Below the pieces are notes generated by a model that had not been told where the DNA came from, did not search any database, and saw only the letters and a program-made list of their open reading frames with translations. This document shows positions 1 through 10,211 of a stretch of 50,842 bases of DNA, one piece after another. A program made the position numbers and the translations under genes. The stretch is from a virus (Duplodnaviria > Caudoviricetes): the IMG/VR virus record IMGVR_UViG_3300043414_001004, positions 1 through 50,842 of that record; one strand, written 5' to 3'. How positions within the stretch are numbered: position 1 is the stretch's first letter; each line of letters opens with the position of its first letter.

Positions 1-1625
1 TTGGCATCGCCTTTTCCAGCCGCTTCACGAGACATCTTAAGCAGCTCAGATCGGTAGTTCACTAGCTCGTCAATGCTTATCTCTTTAGTCTTTGGCATGA
101 AACGATCGGGGACAACTCCTGTATCAAGGAATTCTTGTGACAGTCGCCCTGCGCGAAACCTTTTTACAGACTCTTTGTCCACGCCCATTGTCTTCATGAT
201 GTCGCGAACAGACTCTGGGATAGATTTGTCGTACAGCGCTTGCCCTACGGAGGAGGCCCGCTCCACAAAACTATTGGCGGTACTAGAAGGAGCAATCGTG
301 GGGGCAACGTTCTCTGTTCGTGGAATGTACCGAACAATGTCTTTTCCCGTGTCAGGGTCTTGCCCAATCACCGTTCGTTGCTTGGTTGTCTTGGCGCTGG
401 GCTTAGTCAAACTACTTAAAGCAGTTGTCCACAGGTTACTCTCGTAATCTCGTGCATCGCGCAACGCAGTTTCGGTTTGCTCTTTGACAATGGTGCCAAT
501 AGCCTGACGAGCTTGAGGCGCGTCTGGACTGATTTTGGAAATCTTCAAAGCCGCAATCTTGTCAGCGTTATCCAGACGATTGTCAAGCATTGAATTAAAA
601 CGTGTTTCCTGCAGCTTAGCAGCCATAGCCAACGAGTCAGGAGTACCGATATTTTTTAAACGATCTGTTAACAGCTGGTAAGCTGAGGCAGCCAGTCTGC
701 CTTGCTCACGCGTGTCAGCAAGAAATTTCTTGTTAGTCTGCCCCAGCGCGGATTCCAACGCGGTCAACCCTAGGCTATCCGTTTTTTGTGCGGAACTGGG
801 CGTAAGACGTTTTGCGCCAGTCATGGACAGCGGGTCAATTGGCATTCCCTCTTCCAATCTACGAATCAACGCGGGGATGTCTTCTCCAGAAACTTCAAGG
901 ATTTCTCTCAGCCGGTTTGCGGCGCGGGCTTCACGGGAGCTTTCGCTGGCTTGTCCCACCACTCTTTTTAGGCCCTCAGTTATGGTGCCTGCCTGACTGA
1001 TCAAAGCACGGCTCAATGAGGTGGATAATCCGCCGCCAACTTCTCCCGCCAGTCGCGAAAGAGGCGCACCAGGGTCCACGTTCTCTGCTATTCCCGCCCC
1101 CGCGCTTGCACCAAGTGCCCCTAAGGTCTCGCTGGCTTTGAAGGACTTTGGGTTGCGCACAGCAGAGTCACGGATGTCTGTGAGATAGCGGCCCACGCGG
1201 CTGCCCGTCATTGTGGGCAGGTATGGCGCAACGGCCATAAAGGACAGGCCACTGCCAAAAGTCTTTCCCGCCTCTCGAAACGGCTTTATGTCGGGGTTCT
1301 CAGACTCTGGAAAAAAGTCTTTGTAGGCATCTTCTGCGCTTTTACCCGAAAAGTAACCCAGGCCCCCGCCAAGAAGCATTCCTCCCACCGCTGTAGGTCC
1401 GCCAAACGGCAGGCCAAGTCTCAGTCCAGCGACAGCGCCGCCCACCGTAGGGGAGTCGCTGATAAGCCCTTGGGCCGCACCCTGAACGTACTGCCCCGCC
1501 TTGTCCACGAGGCTTGGCTCTGCAGCAGAAGCGGGCGGATTAAGCCAACTGGGGAGCGAGTCATCTCCGGTATCAACCGGTTTTGATGGGTTTAACCACG
1601 CGGGAAGTTCATTGTTTTCAGCCAT
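1..1625 (-). CDS. large internal virion/DNA ejection protein, 5' part only (runs off the left edge)
   Basis: ATG at 1625 (MAENNELPAWLNPSKP...) after an AAGGAAA RBS. No stop seen to the window edge. Gly-rich hydrophobic segment near the N-terminus. Follows three other ejection-type genes. Confidence 0.7.
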   Translation of the reverse strand, partial: MAENNELPAWLNPSKPVDTGDDSLPSWLNPPASAAEPSLVDKAGQYVQGAAQGLISDSPTVGGAVAGLRLGLPFGGPTAVGGMLLGGGLGYFSGKSAEDAYKDFFPESENPDIKPFREAGKTFGSGLSFMAVAPYLPTMTGSRVGRYLTDIRDSAVRNPKSFKASETLGALGASAGAGIAENVDPGAPLSRLAGEVGGGLSTSLSRALISQAGTITEGLKRVVGQASESSREARAANRLREILEVSGEDIPALIRRLEEGMPIDPLSMTGAKRLTPSSAQKTDSLGLTALESALGQTNKKFLADTREQGRLAASAYQLLTDRLKNIGTPDSLAMAAKLQETRFNSMLDNRLDNADKIAALKISKISPDAPQARQAIGTIVKEQTETALRDARDYESNLWTTALSSLTKPSAKTTKQRTVIGQDPDTGKDIVRYIPRTENVAPTIAPSSTANSFVERASSVGQALYDKSIPESVRDIMKTMGVDKESVKRFRAGRLSQEFLDTGVVPDRFMPKTKEISIDELVNYRSELLKMSREAAGKGDA

Positions 1626-1634
1626 TAAATTTCC

Positions 1635-3602
1635 TTAGCGAGGGGGAACTGTGGCAAGTTTTGTACCGTTGAAAAGTACTTCTGTGCCTGGCGCATATTT
1701 TAGAAGGTCTTCTTCCTTTGTTACAACCGGAGGAAGCCCAAGGTTGTTGTACGCTTGAGAGAACTCCGCATATTTTTGACGTGCTTTGCCCTTATCCGCA
1801 GACGACAAGCCAGAATTATCTGCACCCTGCTTTTGATACTCGGACATTGCGGAGCGGAGAGTTTGGCCTATCGTAATAAGGTCGGAACCGTATGCCTCAG
1901 GGCTTATCAGGGCACTTGGCTTCATCTTGGTTATGTTCTGTAACCGCTCCTGCTCTCTAATACTGCCTGCAGTACTTTTAAGCAAAGCGTCAATCATGCG
2001 CTCGGCCTGTTGTGTAGCTGCGCCGCGCGCTATGCGAACGTCGGGGTACTGGCCTCCAGTAAATGGGATGCCTGAAACAACGTCTTTTCCGGCGTTTATT
2101 GGGCCAGCAATTTTGAACCGGTCTTTCCACAAAGAAATTACAGGACTGGCCGCTGCTTCAGCCTCAGCTGGCTGACCCGACTGACCCGGCTGGCCCATCG
2201 GCATTGGCGGCACGCTTTGGTTGGAATTAGCGCCATCGCCCATTGGCATTGGCGGCACGCTACCGCTTGGGGCAGCGCCTCCAGGAGCAGCGCCGCCCAT
2301 CATGACCCGAGGAAGTTCTTTGCGCACCTCTCGGTACCCGCTGATCAGGTTCGTCACGGGGTCCATGATTGGCACCATAGTAGGCTGTGTCCACTTGTCC
2401 GCCGCCAACGACAAAATCCGCAGTTCCTCTGGCGTAGCAGTGCCTTCTTGAGCTTTTGGACCAATGGTCGCAAACGCATTCATGAGGCGTCCGTCCAAGC
2501 TATTGCCAAACGGGTTGGTTGGTTGCCCACCAATCTTTTTGGCCTCAATTCTTGCCTGCGCACGCAGCACCTCATTGAGCAGACTTCCTTTGCGCTTTTC
2601 CAGCTCAGCGTTTTGCGCTGTGATTTTGTCAATGTCCTTCTCGCCCTGCTGCAATGCCAGGGTTTTGATCTGACGATCGATCTGGCTGATCTGGTCAAGT
2701 TGCTTGCCCATGGCAGCGGGCAGTGTTCGGGTGGCTCCAGCCAGGCGCGACATGAAGCTGCCGCGCAACGGCTTGCCCGAATCATCCACGTTTGCGGCAA
2801 AGCCAAAGGCCCGTTGTCCGAGGTCAAACAGCATTTGCGCTTCAGCAGCGCCCCGGTCTGCGCCCAGCATCTTTTGGTACACCGGCAAGCGCGCGGCCAC
2901 AGCTTCTTCAATGCCAGGGGCCTGGGCAGCCTTGCGGTTAAGCAGGTCCATGGACGACTGCTGTGCAGCGGCCACCATCGCGGGTGGAAACATCATGGAC
3001 GGTTCAGAAGGTGCTTGTGCAACAGGGGTCACGCCTTCTTCATCTGACCCCTCTTGAAAATTTTGGACATAGCCTCCACGGGCCATTGCAATTGGAGGCT
3101 GATCGGAAGGGCCGCCAGCGCTACCAGCGCCACCCATGCCTGCCATCAGCCCGGCAATTCCGCCCTGTTGAGGGGGAGGAGGCATTCCTGCGCCAGGAGG
3201 CAGCGGGGGCATGCCAGGAGGAGGCATGCCAGGTGCGCCGCCCATCATTGGAGGCTGGGGACCCTCAGCCATGGGAGCTGACTGAGGCAGCGCGCCAATA
3301 CCGCCAGCTTGCTTGGCCAACACTGGCTGCAGCATGGCCAAAACGGACTCAGGTGTTTCAGTGGCAGCCTGGTAGCCCACCAGGTCTGCCAGCTCGTCTC
3401 GGCGCGCTTCAATAGAACGCATGTCGCCGCGCAAGTTGTTCATCAAGATTTCAGGCGTATCAGGGCGACGCTCCAACTTTGTTTCGGGGTCCTCGCCATC
3501 ATCGCCCTCGTCATCGCCCTCTTCGGACATGGAGTCCATGAGCCCTTGCATGATGCCGACGTTTTCAACATCGTCATCCATTGCCTTCATTTTCTTGTTC
3601 AT
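1635..3602 (-). CDS. putative internal virion/ejection protein
   Basis: 655 aa. Acidic N-terminus, Pro/Met/Gly-rich linkers, coiled coil, MARGG motif. Position after the tail nozzle gene. Confidence 0.6.
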   Translation of the reverse strand: MNKKMKAMDDDVENVGIMQGLMDSMSEEGDDEGDDGEDPETKLERRPDTPEILMNNLRGDMRSIEARRDELADLVGYQAATETPESVLAMLQPVLAKQAGGIGALPQSAPMAEGPQPPMMGGAPGMPPPGMPPLPPGAGMPPPPQQGGIAGLMAGMGGAGSAGGPSDQPPIAMARGGYVQNFQEGSDEEGVTPVAQAPSEPSMMFPPAMVAAAQQSSMDLLNRKAAQAPGIEEAVAARLPVYQKMLGADRGAAEAQMLFDLGQRAFGFAANVDDSGKPLRGSFMSRLAGATRTLPAAMGKQLDQISQIDRQIKTLALQQGEKDIDKITAQNAELEKRKGSLLNEVLRAQARIEAKKIGGQPTNPFGNSLDGRLMNAFATIGPKAQEGTATPEELRILSLAADKWTQPTMVPIMDPVTNLISGYREVRKELPRVMMGGAAPGGAAPSGSVPPMPMGDGANSNQSVPPMPMGQPGQSGQPAEAEAAASPVISLWKDRFKIAGPINAGKDVVSGIPFTGGQYPDVRIARGAATQQAERMIDALLKSTAGSIREQERLQNITKMKPSALISPEAYGSDLITIGQTLRSAMSEYQKQGADNSGLSSADKGKARQKYAEFSQAYNNLGLPPVVTKEEDLLKYAPGTEVLFNGTKLATVPPR

Positions 3603-3611
3603 ATTGACCTC

Positions 3612-5702
3612 TTAGAAAAGACCTGCTTTTTTGGCACCGGCAGCTGTGGACAGCGCCCCCAGGCCGATACCTATGGCTTGCTGAAACGGACTTGCCGATG
3701 GCTGGCTTTGAATAGCAGTTTGCATCTGTGAAGACGGTGCACCTTTGTAGATGTCCGACAAGAACGCGGCCTGCTGGTAAGGGGAGTACACCTGCTGCAG
3801 GTTCGTGGCCCGTTGAGCGTCGATCGCTTGCTGGTTGAGAGCCTGCTGAGCCTGGCCAGTGTTGTACAAGAAGTTGATGTCGCCCTGCTGGATACTCTGA
3901 GCCGTCTGGCCCAAGGCGGCCTGCTGCACGCCAAGTTGACCCAGTTGACCTGCCATTGCGCCCAAGCCCTGGGCTTGCTGCTGGCCAATGCCAAACTGCT
4001 GTCCAGCCAACTGCCCAATGCCCTGGCCCAGCTGTTGAAACTGCTGACCCTGCTGCCCATACAAAGTGCCCGCCGTTTGAGCGGCTTGATTGCGTGCCTG
4101 AGACTGCTGCATCAGCAAGTTGGAGATGTTCTGGTTGATGGCCGCCTCTTGGCCTGCCAACGCGCCGCCTTGAGCGCCCAGGTTGCCATACTGCTGGCTT
4201 GCCTGCAAGTACTGCCCTGCAGCCCCTTGACCGAGCTGAGCCTGCTGCACACCCAACTGACCAAGACCCTGGCCTGCAGCCACTTGGTTTTGGGCCAGGT
4301 TGCCGTACAGGCCCGCAGCGGCCTGGCCAAGCTGAGCCTGCTGCGCAGCTTGCGCGCCCACCTGTTGGCCAATGTTGGCCAACTGCCCTGCACCGGACTG
4401 GCCCAGTTGTGCACGCTGGGCCTCCAACGAGCCCAACTGCGTTCCCGCTTGAATACCCAACTGCCCTTGTTGAGCAGCCAACTGAGCGGCCTGCTGGCCG
4501 AGCCCACCTGCTTGAGAAGCCACACCAGCCAACTGAGAGCCAAGGGCACCCGCTGCCTGGCCGCCTTGAAGCTGACGCTGCTGCTGTTGCTCAAACGTGG
4601 CCATGGAGTTTGCTTGAGCCTGGTTGTAGCCCTGCGACAGGAGGTTGGCAATCGTTGCAGACTTCTGGTCCATCAAGTTGCGCTGCATCTCTGCCCGCTG
4701 AACGCCCTCGCGTTCACTTCCAAACGCGCCGGACTTCACTGCTTGCGCCGACAAGTTTTGACCAGCAATTGCACCTTGCCGGTCCATCTGCTTCATTGTC
4801 TCGTCAATGACTTGCTGACGATACGGGTCCATGAACGACTGGGCAGAGTTGGGGTTGTACCCCTGCATGCCGCCGCTCAGTGAGCCAAGGCCCTGGCTGA
4901 TGGCATTTTGTGCTTGGTAGAACCCGGGCTGGCGAGCCGCTTGAGCAGCCATGCCCACAGCTTGCTGGCCTTGTCCAACTCCGTACCCAATCAGCTGGTT
5001 GGCAGAGTCAAACTGGGGCTGTGCACCTTGAAGCTGGTCAGCAGCAATTCCCATCATCTGCTGGGAAGTGCCAAAGTCCGCGTTGCGGCTGTTCATCGCC
5101 ATCTGTTGGGCTTGGTTCAGCCCGCCAATGCCCAAGCCAATGTTTGTTGTGGCAGGATTCAAATTGGCTTGACTGGAGCCTGCCGCAAGGTTCTGGGCCG
5201 TGGACAACGCGCCAAGGCCTGACTGCAGGTCTTGACGAGCGCCAGCAAACTGGCCGGTGGTGTCCGACGCTGCTGCGCGCTGCGCGGCGCTGTCCAAATA
5301 CCCCAAGCCTTCATTGATCTGGCCAATGCCAGAAGTGGTGTTGGCGGCAGCTTGCCCGGCCTGGCGCATCGCGGCCTGTGCATCGGTAAACTGATTGCGG
5401 GTATCTGCGCCGCGCAAGATGTCGGCGGCCTCGCCAGTGGTTGTATACGCAGATTCCACCGCCCTGTTGGCGTTGGTCATATACGGGTTGTACGCACCGA
5501 TGCCCTGTTGAGTAGCGGCAGCCAGCGCGGCTTGCTGCGCGGGGGAAAACCCCGCTACTTGGTAGGCAGGCAGCTGGGAGCCAAGGGTAGGACTCCCGAC
5601 ATTAAAAGCCAGGTTTTCCGCCTGTTGCATCAAGCGCAGTTTTGCCGCCTCAATCTGAGGCGACTCCTGCATTATCTGTGCCGTTGTGGTTACATCTGCC
5701 AT
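3612..5702 (-). CDS. Gln/Gly/Ala-rich DNA transfer (ejection/pilot) protein
   Basis: 696 aa Q/G/A-rich helical repeats, SFMDPYRQQV and GAFGSER motifs, C-terminal Gly-rich hydrophobic tail. Typical of podovirus ejection proteins. Confidence 0.7.
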   Translation of the reverse strand: MADVTTTAQIMQESPQIEAAKLRLMQQAENLAFNVGSPTLGSQLPAYQVAGFSPAQQAALAAATQQGIGAYNPYMTNANRAVESAYTTTGEAADILRGADTRNQFTDAQAAMRQAGQAAANTTSGIGQINEGLGYLDSAAQRAAASDTTGQFAGARQDLQSGLGALSTAQNLAAGSSQANLNPATTNIGLGIGGLNQAQQMAMNSRNADFGTSQQMMGIAADQLQGAQPQFDSANQLIGYGVGQGQQAVGMAAQAARQPGFYQAQNAISQGLGSLSGGMQGYNPNSAQSFMDPYRQQVIDETMKQMDRQGAIAGQNLSAQAVKSGAFGSEREGVQRAEMQRNLMDQKSATIANLLSQGYNQAQANSMATFEQQQQRQLQGGQAAGALGSQLAGVASQAGGLGQQAAQLAAQQGQLGIQAGTQLGSLEAQRAQLGQSGAGQLANIGQQVGAQAAQQAQLGQAAAGLYGNLAQNQVAAGQGLGQLGVQQAQLGQGAAGQYLQASQQYGNLGAQGGALAGQEAAINQNISNLLMQQSQARNQAAQTAGTLYGQQGQQFQQLGQGIGQLAGQQFGIGQQQAQGLGAMAGQLGQLGVQQAALGQTAQSIQQGDINFLYNTGQAQQALNQQAIDAQRATNLQQVYSPYQQAAFLSDIYKGAPSSQMQTAIQSQPSASPFQQAIGIGLGALSTAAGAKKAGLF

Positions 5703-7748
5703 TTATTTCCCCTTTACAGGACCGCCTTCGAGCATCTTCATGAGCTTGTACATGCGCGCCGCACCCTTGCGACGACTTCCGCTGCCCGCATTGCGAACAG
5801 CCTTGGCGGTAAACACAAACTCCCCATCTGACAACATGGCCGGGATGTCGTCCGACGTTCCAGTTCCGGGGCCGTTGATAGGGCCGTTCTTGCGGGGGAA
5901 ATCCGTGGGCTCAGGGATACCGCCTTTGGCCAGCCGCTGGGGTGTTCCCTGCCCGTAAACCTGCGGCACACCGTACATGCCTGCGAGGTTGTACGGCTGC
6001 GCAACAACGCCCGTAGAGTTTGTAATGCCGGTAGGCCTCACAACCGACGGGGCTGTTTGCATGGGAAGAGTTGCGGTGTAGTCCGTGCTCACAATTGGGT
6101 TGTAAGGGGTAAATTGGGAAGTTCCCAAACCATAGCCACCCTCTTTGATGAACTTGTCGCGTTCCTGGCCTAGTCGAACACTTTCAAGGTAGCGTTCTTG
6201 TTCAGCTTTTGAGACCGGATCAAGATCGGCCTTAGGCTGCTTAAAGCCGCCTGCCAAAGCCGATACGCCCAGCCCCAAGCCGATTTTAGTCATTAAGCCC
6301 ATGCCTGGGGCTGCTGCAGCTGCCGTAGTTGCTGCGCTCGGAGCCGCAGCCCCAAGTGACGCCGCCGCCGTGCCGGGGGCCGCAGAGGGGCCAAACAGGC
6401 TTTCAAAGAACCCGGGGGACGATGCAGCAGGTGCCGCAGCGGCAGAGGAGGTTGCAGCAGGGGTCGAAGAACCCAGCATGCTCTCAAAAAAGCCCGGGGA
6501 AGATGAGGCGGCAGAATTCGGCGTGTTGTATGACATAGGCTGCATAGACTGCGTGGGCTGCATTGAAAGCATGCTGCGAGCCGTGCCATCGTATTGAAGA
6601 CCAGAATCTGAACCCCCTCCGCCCCCACTTGCCTCTGCGCCACCGCCCCCATCTGCTTGAGGCTGGGCATTTCCCTGCGAGCCACCGTTAAGGCCTGCCA
6701 GTGCAGCAGCCGAAGCACCGGAGGTAAGACCCATTTTCAGGGCGTCTGACGTGCTCATGCCGCCCAGCTTGCCAATGCCAGTACCAATCAGGCCTGTGGC
6801 CAGGCCCGTGTTCAGTGCTCCGCCAGCTGCGCCTGGGAGGTATTGACCAAGCGCACCAGTGGGGCTGACGCCCATGATCGTGCCTCCGCCGCCGACATAG
6901 CCCAGCGCGCCAGAGATCAAGGCCTCTTTGAGGGAGCCGCCTCCCAAAAGTGTTGTACCTGCGCCTGCCACGCCTGCCGCAGTGCCCATGGACAGGCCCA
7001 CGCCTGCTGGCCCGAGGACCGTGGCCAACGCAATAGTGCTCACCACCTTACCAATAGGGCTTGCGATCACCTTCTTGACGACATTGACGACGCCTTTAAC
7101 AACCGATGAAATCGCTTTTCCGATCGCCTTAAAAGGGTTGCTTTTGAACTCAGGCAGGCCTGTGTTTGGGTTGACTGTGCCCGCACCGCCACGGCTCTTG
7201 AGCATTGAGGCTTCTTCAGGGGTAATGTGTGCCAAGATGCTGTCGCCGCCCCGACCCCTAGAGGCAAGGTATTGACCCACATCGGCCAGGCCGCCTTGGG
7301 CCATGGCAATGGGTTGCAGACCTTCGACCACGGGGGACATGGCCATTGGGTCTTGGGCACCTTCCCCCTGCATCTGCTGCATTTCGTGAAGGACAGCCAG
7401 CATCGTGCCAATAAACACGGGGTCGTACTCTTCAGGCAGGTCGCCAGGATCAATTGCGCCCTGCTCCTGCATCAGCTTGAGCATGTTGCCGTAGTCCTCA
7501 GGGCGCTGGCTGATGTACTCAAAGACTTGAATCATCATGTCCAGCTGCTCAGGCGTCAGCTGGAGGTCACCGATGTTCTGGCGAATTGCCTCTTTTATTG
7601 CAACGTCCTCACCAGGGCTGACCATTCCGAGCGCCGTTTGTGCGGCATCGTATGAGTCAGCGCTTGAGACAGTCGGCTGCTCGCTCACAGGCTCTTCGCC
7701 TTGCATGGGCATGCCCTCGGGCAACGCCATGATTCCTTCATTCGCCAT
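5703..7748 (-). CDS. ejection protein with tape-measure-like C-terminal motif
   Basis: 681 aa. GRGGDSILAHITPEE...NPNTGLPEF block, Gly-zipper hydrophobic core, C-terminal GPGTGTSDDIPAMLSDGEFV resembling siphovirus tape-measure C-termini. Confidence 0.65.
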   Translation of the reverse strand: MANEGIMALPEGMPMQGEEPVSEQPTVSSADSYDAAQTALGMVSPGEDVAIKEAIRQNIGDLQLTPEQLDMMIQVFEYISQRPEDYGNMLKLMQEQGAIDPGDLPEEYDPVFIGTMLAVLHEMQQMQGEGAQDPMAMSPVVEGLQPIAMAQGGLADVGQYLASRGRGGDSILAHITPEEASMLKSRGGAGTVNPNTGLPEFKSNPFKAIGKAISSVVKGVVNVVKKVIASPIGKVVSTIALATVLGPAGVGLSMGTAAGVAGAGTTLLGGGSLKEALISGALGYVGGGGTIMGVSPTGALGQYLPGAAGGALNTGLATGLIGTGIGKLGGMSTSDALKMGLTSGASAAALAGLNGGSQGNAQPQADGGGGAEASGGGGGSDSGLQYDGTARSMLSMQPTQSMQPMSYNTPNSAASSSPGFFESMLGSSTPAATSSAAAAPAASSPGFFESLFGPSAAPGTAAASLGAAAPSAATTAAAAAPGMGLMTKIGLGLGVSALAGGFKQPKADLDPVSKAEQERYLESVRLGQERDKFIKEGGYGLGTSQFTPYNPIVSTDYTATLPMQTAPSVVRPTGITNSTGVVAQPYNLAGMYGVPQVYGQGTPQRLAKGGIPEPTDFPRKNGPINGPGTGTSDDIPAMLSDGEFVFTAKAVRNAGSGSRRKGAARMYKLMKMLEGGPVKGK

Positions 7749-7827
7749 GATAGTCCTTTCCAGTTTTTGCCAGTAGCCTCACTTGGGGCTGCGCGCCGGG
7801 AAAGGACGCGAGAATGGCAAGATTATC
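7749..7827 (-). promoter_or_regulatory. structured 5' leader of the ejection-protein operon, with anti-SD
   Basis: TTGCCA/TGGCAA outer stem with two inner hairpins. On the mRNA, GTCCTTTCC is exactly complementary to GGAAAGGAC at the RBS. A -10-like GATAAT lies just upstream. Confidence 0.5.
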
Positions 7828-7837
7828 CCTTAAATCT

Positions 7838-8176
7838 TCAAGTTCTGTCCACCAAAAGAGCGCTCACAACAGTGTAAACATCGCTCTGGGAGGACGTCAC
7901 GCTTAAGATGTCCCCTGCTTCTAGCACCAGCGGCCCTCCGCTGCTCAAGGCCATGTAGTCTACAAAGGCCTTTGAGGCCAGCGCCGCCTGGGGCACGAGG
8001 TAATGCGTCCCAGCACCCGCCGGGGAATACGTCACAACCATATTGGACGAAGACCCTGCGTTGTTGGCCACCCAAATGGATTTGACAATTGCAGTGGTTG
8101 CTTCCGGCACCGTTAAAACCACTTTTGGCGTTGCCGCCACCAGCGTCTCGTTGTAGCGTTTGTATGCGTTTCCCAT
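7838..8176 (-). CDS. small beta-rich virion protein
   Basis: MGNAYKRY..., 112 aa. Start overlaps the stop of the upstream gene; structural module. Confidence 0.6.
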   Translation of the reverse strand: MGNAYKRYNETLVAATPKVVLTVPEATTAIVKSIWVANNAGSSSNMVVTYSPAGAGTHYLVPQAALASKAFVDYMALSSGGPLVLEAGDILSVTSSQSDVYTVVSALLVDRT

Positions 8177-8352
8177 TATTTGCCAAAGAACCAAGATTGC
8201 GCCTGGTCCTTGTTCTCCGTGGTGGTTGGGGTGTAGGTATTGTTCAACTGCAGGATGATCTGCTCAAGCGATCGAACAAGCTGGTTAAACTGGCTCGGGT
8301 CGTATCCCGACTGGTTTGAGTTGGGCAAACGAACGTTGGTAATCTTGCTCAT
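8176..8352 (-). CDS. small conserved virion protein
   Basis: MSKITNVRLP...QFNQLVRSLEQIILQLN, 58 aa. ATGA overlap with the nozzle gene. Confidence 0.6.
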   Translation of the reverse strand: MSKITNVRLPNSNQSGYDPSQFNQLVRSLEQIILQLNNTYTPTTTENKDQAQSWFFGK

Positions 8353-10202
8353 CGAATGCCATCCGGTTGAATATCGACACGCATCGTGCCAAACCGCCAA
8401 TTGGTGTCCAGCTCGCTGCTCTCAATGCGCAGTTGAATTTGTCGCCCGCGCGCGCGCGTGTCCACCTTGTCGGTGCTTGGTGTGATGATGTACGGGTCCA
8501 AGGAGCTTGGGGTGGCGGTGGTTTGCGGGTACAGGCGCAAGAGCAGCCGCACTGTCAGGTCACCTACCTGGTTCTTGAAGTCTGGAATAAATCGCTTCAT
8601 GAAGAGCACTTGATCCCCATCACCAATGTCAAAGTAGCCGGAGTAAATGTGGGCTGCAATTGGCAAGCCGTCGTCATTCACGCCCGTCTCCTGGTTGTAC
8701 AGGATCGACCTTCCAGGGGTCAAGCCGTTGATCGGGGTAAGACTTTCCTGCGGGGCCTCATTGTCGTACTTTGTGGCCAATGGCCGATCAAAAGACCCGA
8801 TGTCTTGCCACGCAGTTCTTGCCATTGTGCCAATGGACCAGACGTTTTCCAGATAGTTGTATGTCACCGATCGGTTGACAAAGTCACTGTCCAGTGTTGC
8901 GTAGAACCACGTCACTTCGTTGAACTGGGTATTGATTGCCACGTTAACAGAAGAGGTCTGTCCAAGATTGAGGTTCTTGTACACGTAGTCCTGCACGGAT
9001 GACGGAATCTTTTTCACTGTACCGTCAAACACGAAAAAAGCGTCCTTGCTCATCCAGTACGCTACGCCATTGACGTCAGCGCATGCATGCGGGCCGATGA
9101 TTCCGCAGTTAGCACCCAGCTGCTGAAAGCCAAACGTGAAGGGCGGCCCGATGTACTGCTGCCCGTGAAGGGCCGTGTCAGTCCAGATCAAAATTTGGCC
9201 GCGTGACCGCAGTGCGGCAACAATCTCATTTCCGTCCGTGAGCCGTTGTCCGCCTGCCGTGTTGGTGGCTGTAGCAACAAAGTCTCCGATGTCCTCCTGG
9301 TCTGAATAGCGTACATACATTGGGTCCTGGCTGGTGGGGTCACCCAGAACTGACTCTGTTCCAAAACACACAAGGTGTCGATCAGGCGTGGAAAGCAGTG
9401 CAAACGCACTTTTTGTGGGGGCTCCCACAAGTGGCGTAGCACGGACCGTAAGGCCTGAATCGGGGGACCATTGAAAGATTCCTCCGTTAGCCAGCTGCAT
9501 GATGAGGTCTTGGCCGTAGTTGTCAAACTGCCAGACACGGGAGCCCAGTGAAAGTCCCAGAACTGACGCAGGACGAGGGGTATTCCATGCAAAAGAGTTC
9601 CATGAGCCGGTGTTCCAGCCATAGTCAAAGAAGCTTACGTCACTGCCGACGTTAATCTGGTACACGGCATTGGCCGATCCCGCAGCAGAGGCATTGGAGC
9701 TGGCGGGCATAGGGGACAAAATGGTGTACTGGCTTCCACTTAAGATTTCCTGAATCTCAAATTCCCCCGTAAGACTGGCGTTGGTAATCCCCCCAGGATT
9801 CCCAGTGACGGTGTTGTACGTCACAAAGTCCCCTACCACTGCCCCATGGGAAGCGTCATTGACTACGACCGTAGTAGAGCCATTGGTCGTGGTAAATGTG
9901 ACTGTGTCAGTGGTTCGAATGGGGGTAATGTCAGCCCACGTTCCACCATAGTAGACATAGACCTTGCGGCTTGTACCAATGACCAGATACGGAGTGCCAT
10001 CCAACGCGTTCCAGGAAAAGACCTCGGATGCACTTCCTACAAAATAGATTTGTGGGTTGTTGAAGGATTCCCACCCGCCAATCTTCTCCGGCAGGCCGTA
10101 GCGAAACCGCACAAAATCGCAGTCCACCCAGCCGCCTTCTGCACCATATTCGGTGTTTTGCTTGTCAATGCCCGGCTTGAGAAAAAGTCGAAGAAGTGCC
10201 AT
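8349..10202 (-). CDS. tail nozzle/DNA stabilisation protein (P22 gp10 or T7 gp12-like)
   Basis: 617 aa beta-rich protein with motifs GIDKQNT...W.DCD.VRFRYGLPEKIGGW and RARGRQIQLRIES...WRFGTMRVD. Typical size and position. Confidence 0.75.
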   Translation of the reverse strand: MALLRLFLKPGIDKQNTEYGAEGGWVDCDFVRFRYGLPEKIGGWESFNNPQIYFVGSASEVFSWNALDGTPYLVIGTSRKVYVYYGGTWADITPIRTTDTVTFTTTNGSTTVVVNDASHGAVVGDFVTYNTVTGNPGGITNASLTGEFEIQEILSGSQYTILSPMPASSNASAAGSANAVYQINVGSDVSFFDYGWNTGSWNSFAWNTPRPASVLGLSLGSRVWQFDNYGQDLIMQLANGGIFQWSPDSGLTVRATPLVGAPTKSAFALLSTPDRHLVCFGTESVLGDPTSQDPMYVRYSDQEDIGDFVATATNTAGGQRLTDGNEIVAALRSRGQILIWTDTALHGQQYIGPPFTFGFQQLGANCGIIGPHACADVNGVAYWMSKDAFFVFDGTVKKIPSSVQDYVYKNLNLGQTSSVNVAINTQFNEVTWFYATLDSDFVNRSVTYNYLENVWSIGTMARTAWQDIGSFDRPLATKYDNEAPQESLTPINGLTPGRSILYNQETGVNDDGLPIAAHIYSGYFDIGDGDQVLFMKRFIPDFKNQVGDLTVRLLLRLYPQTTATPSSLDPYIITPSTDKVDTRARGRQIQLRIESSELDTNWRFGTMRVDIQPDGIR

Positions 10203-10211
10203 AAATATGCC

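Noticed and set aside
7830-8186. Alternative-frame 118-aa ORF
   Set aside because: Overlaps the better-supported coupled gene 7838..8176.
10130-10150. GAEGG in the nozzle protein as another GG motif
   Set aside because: Lacks the hydrophobic first residue and lies in a conserved folded region.
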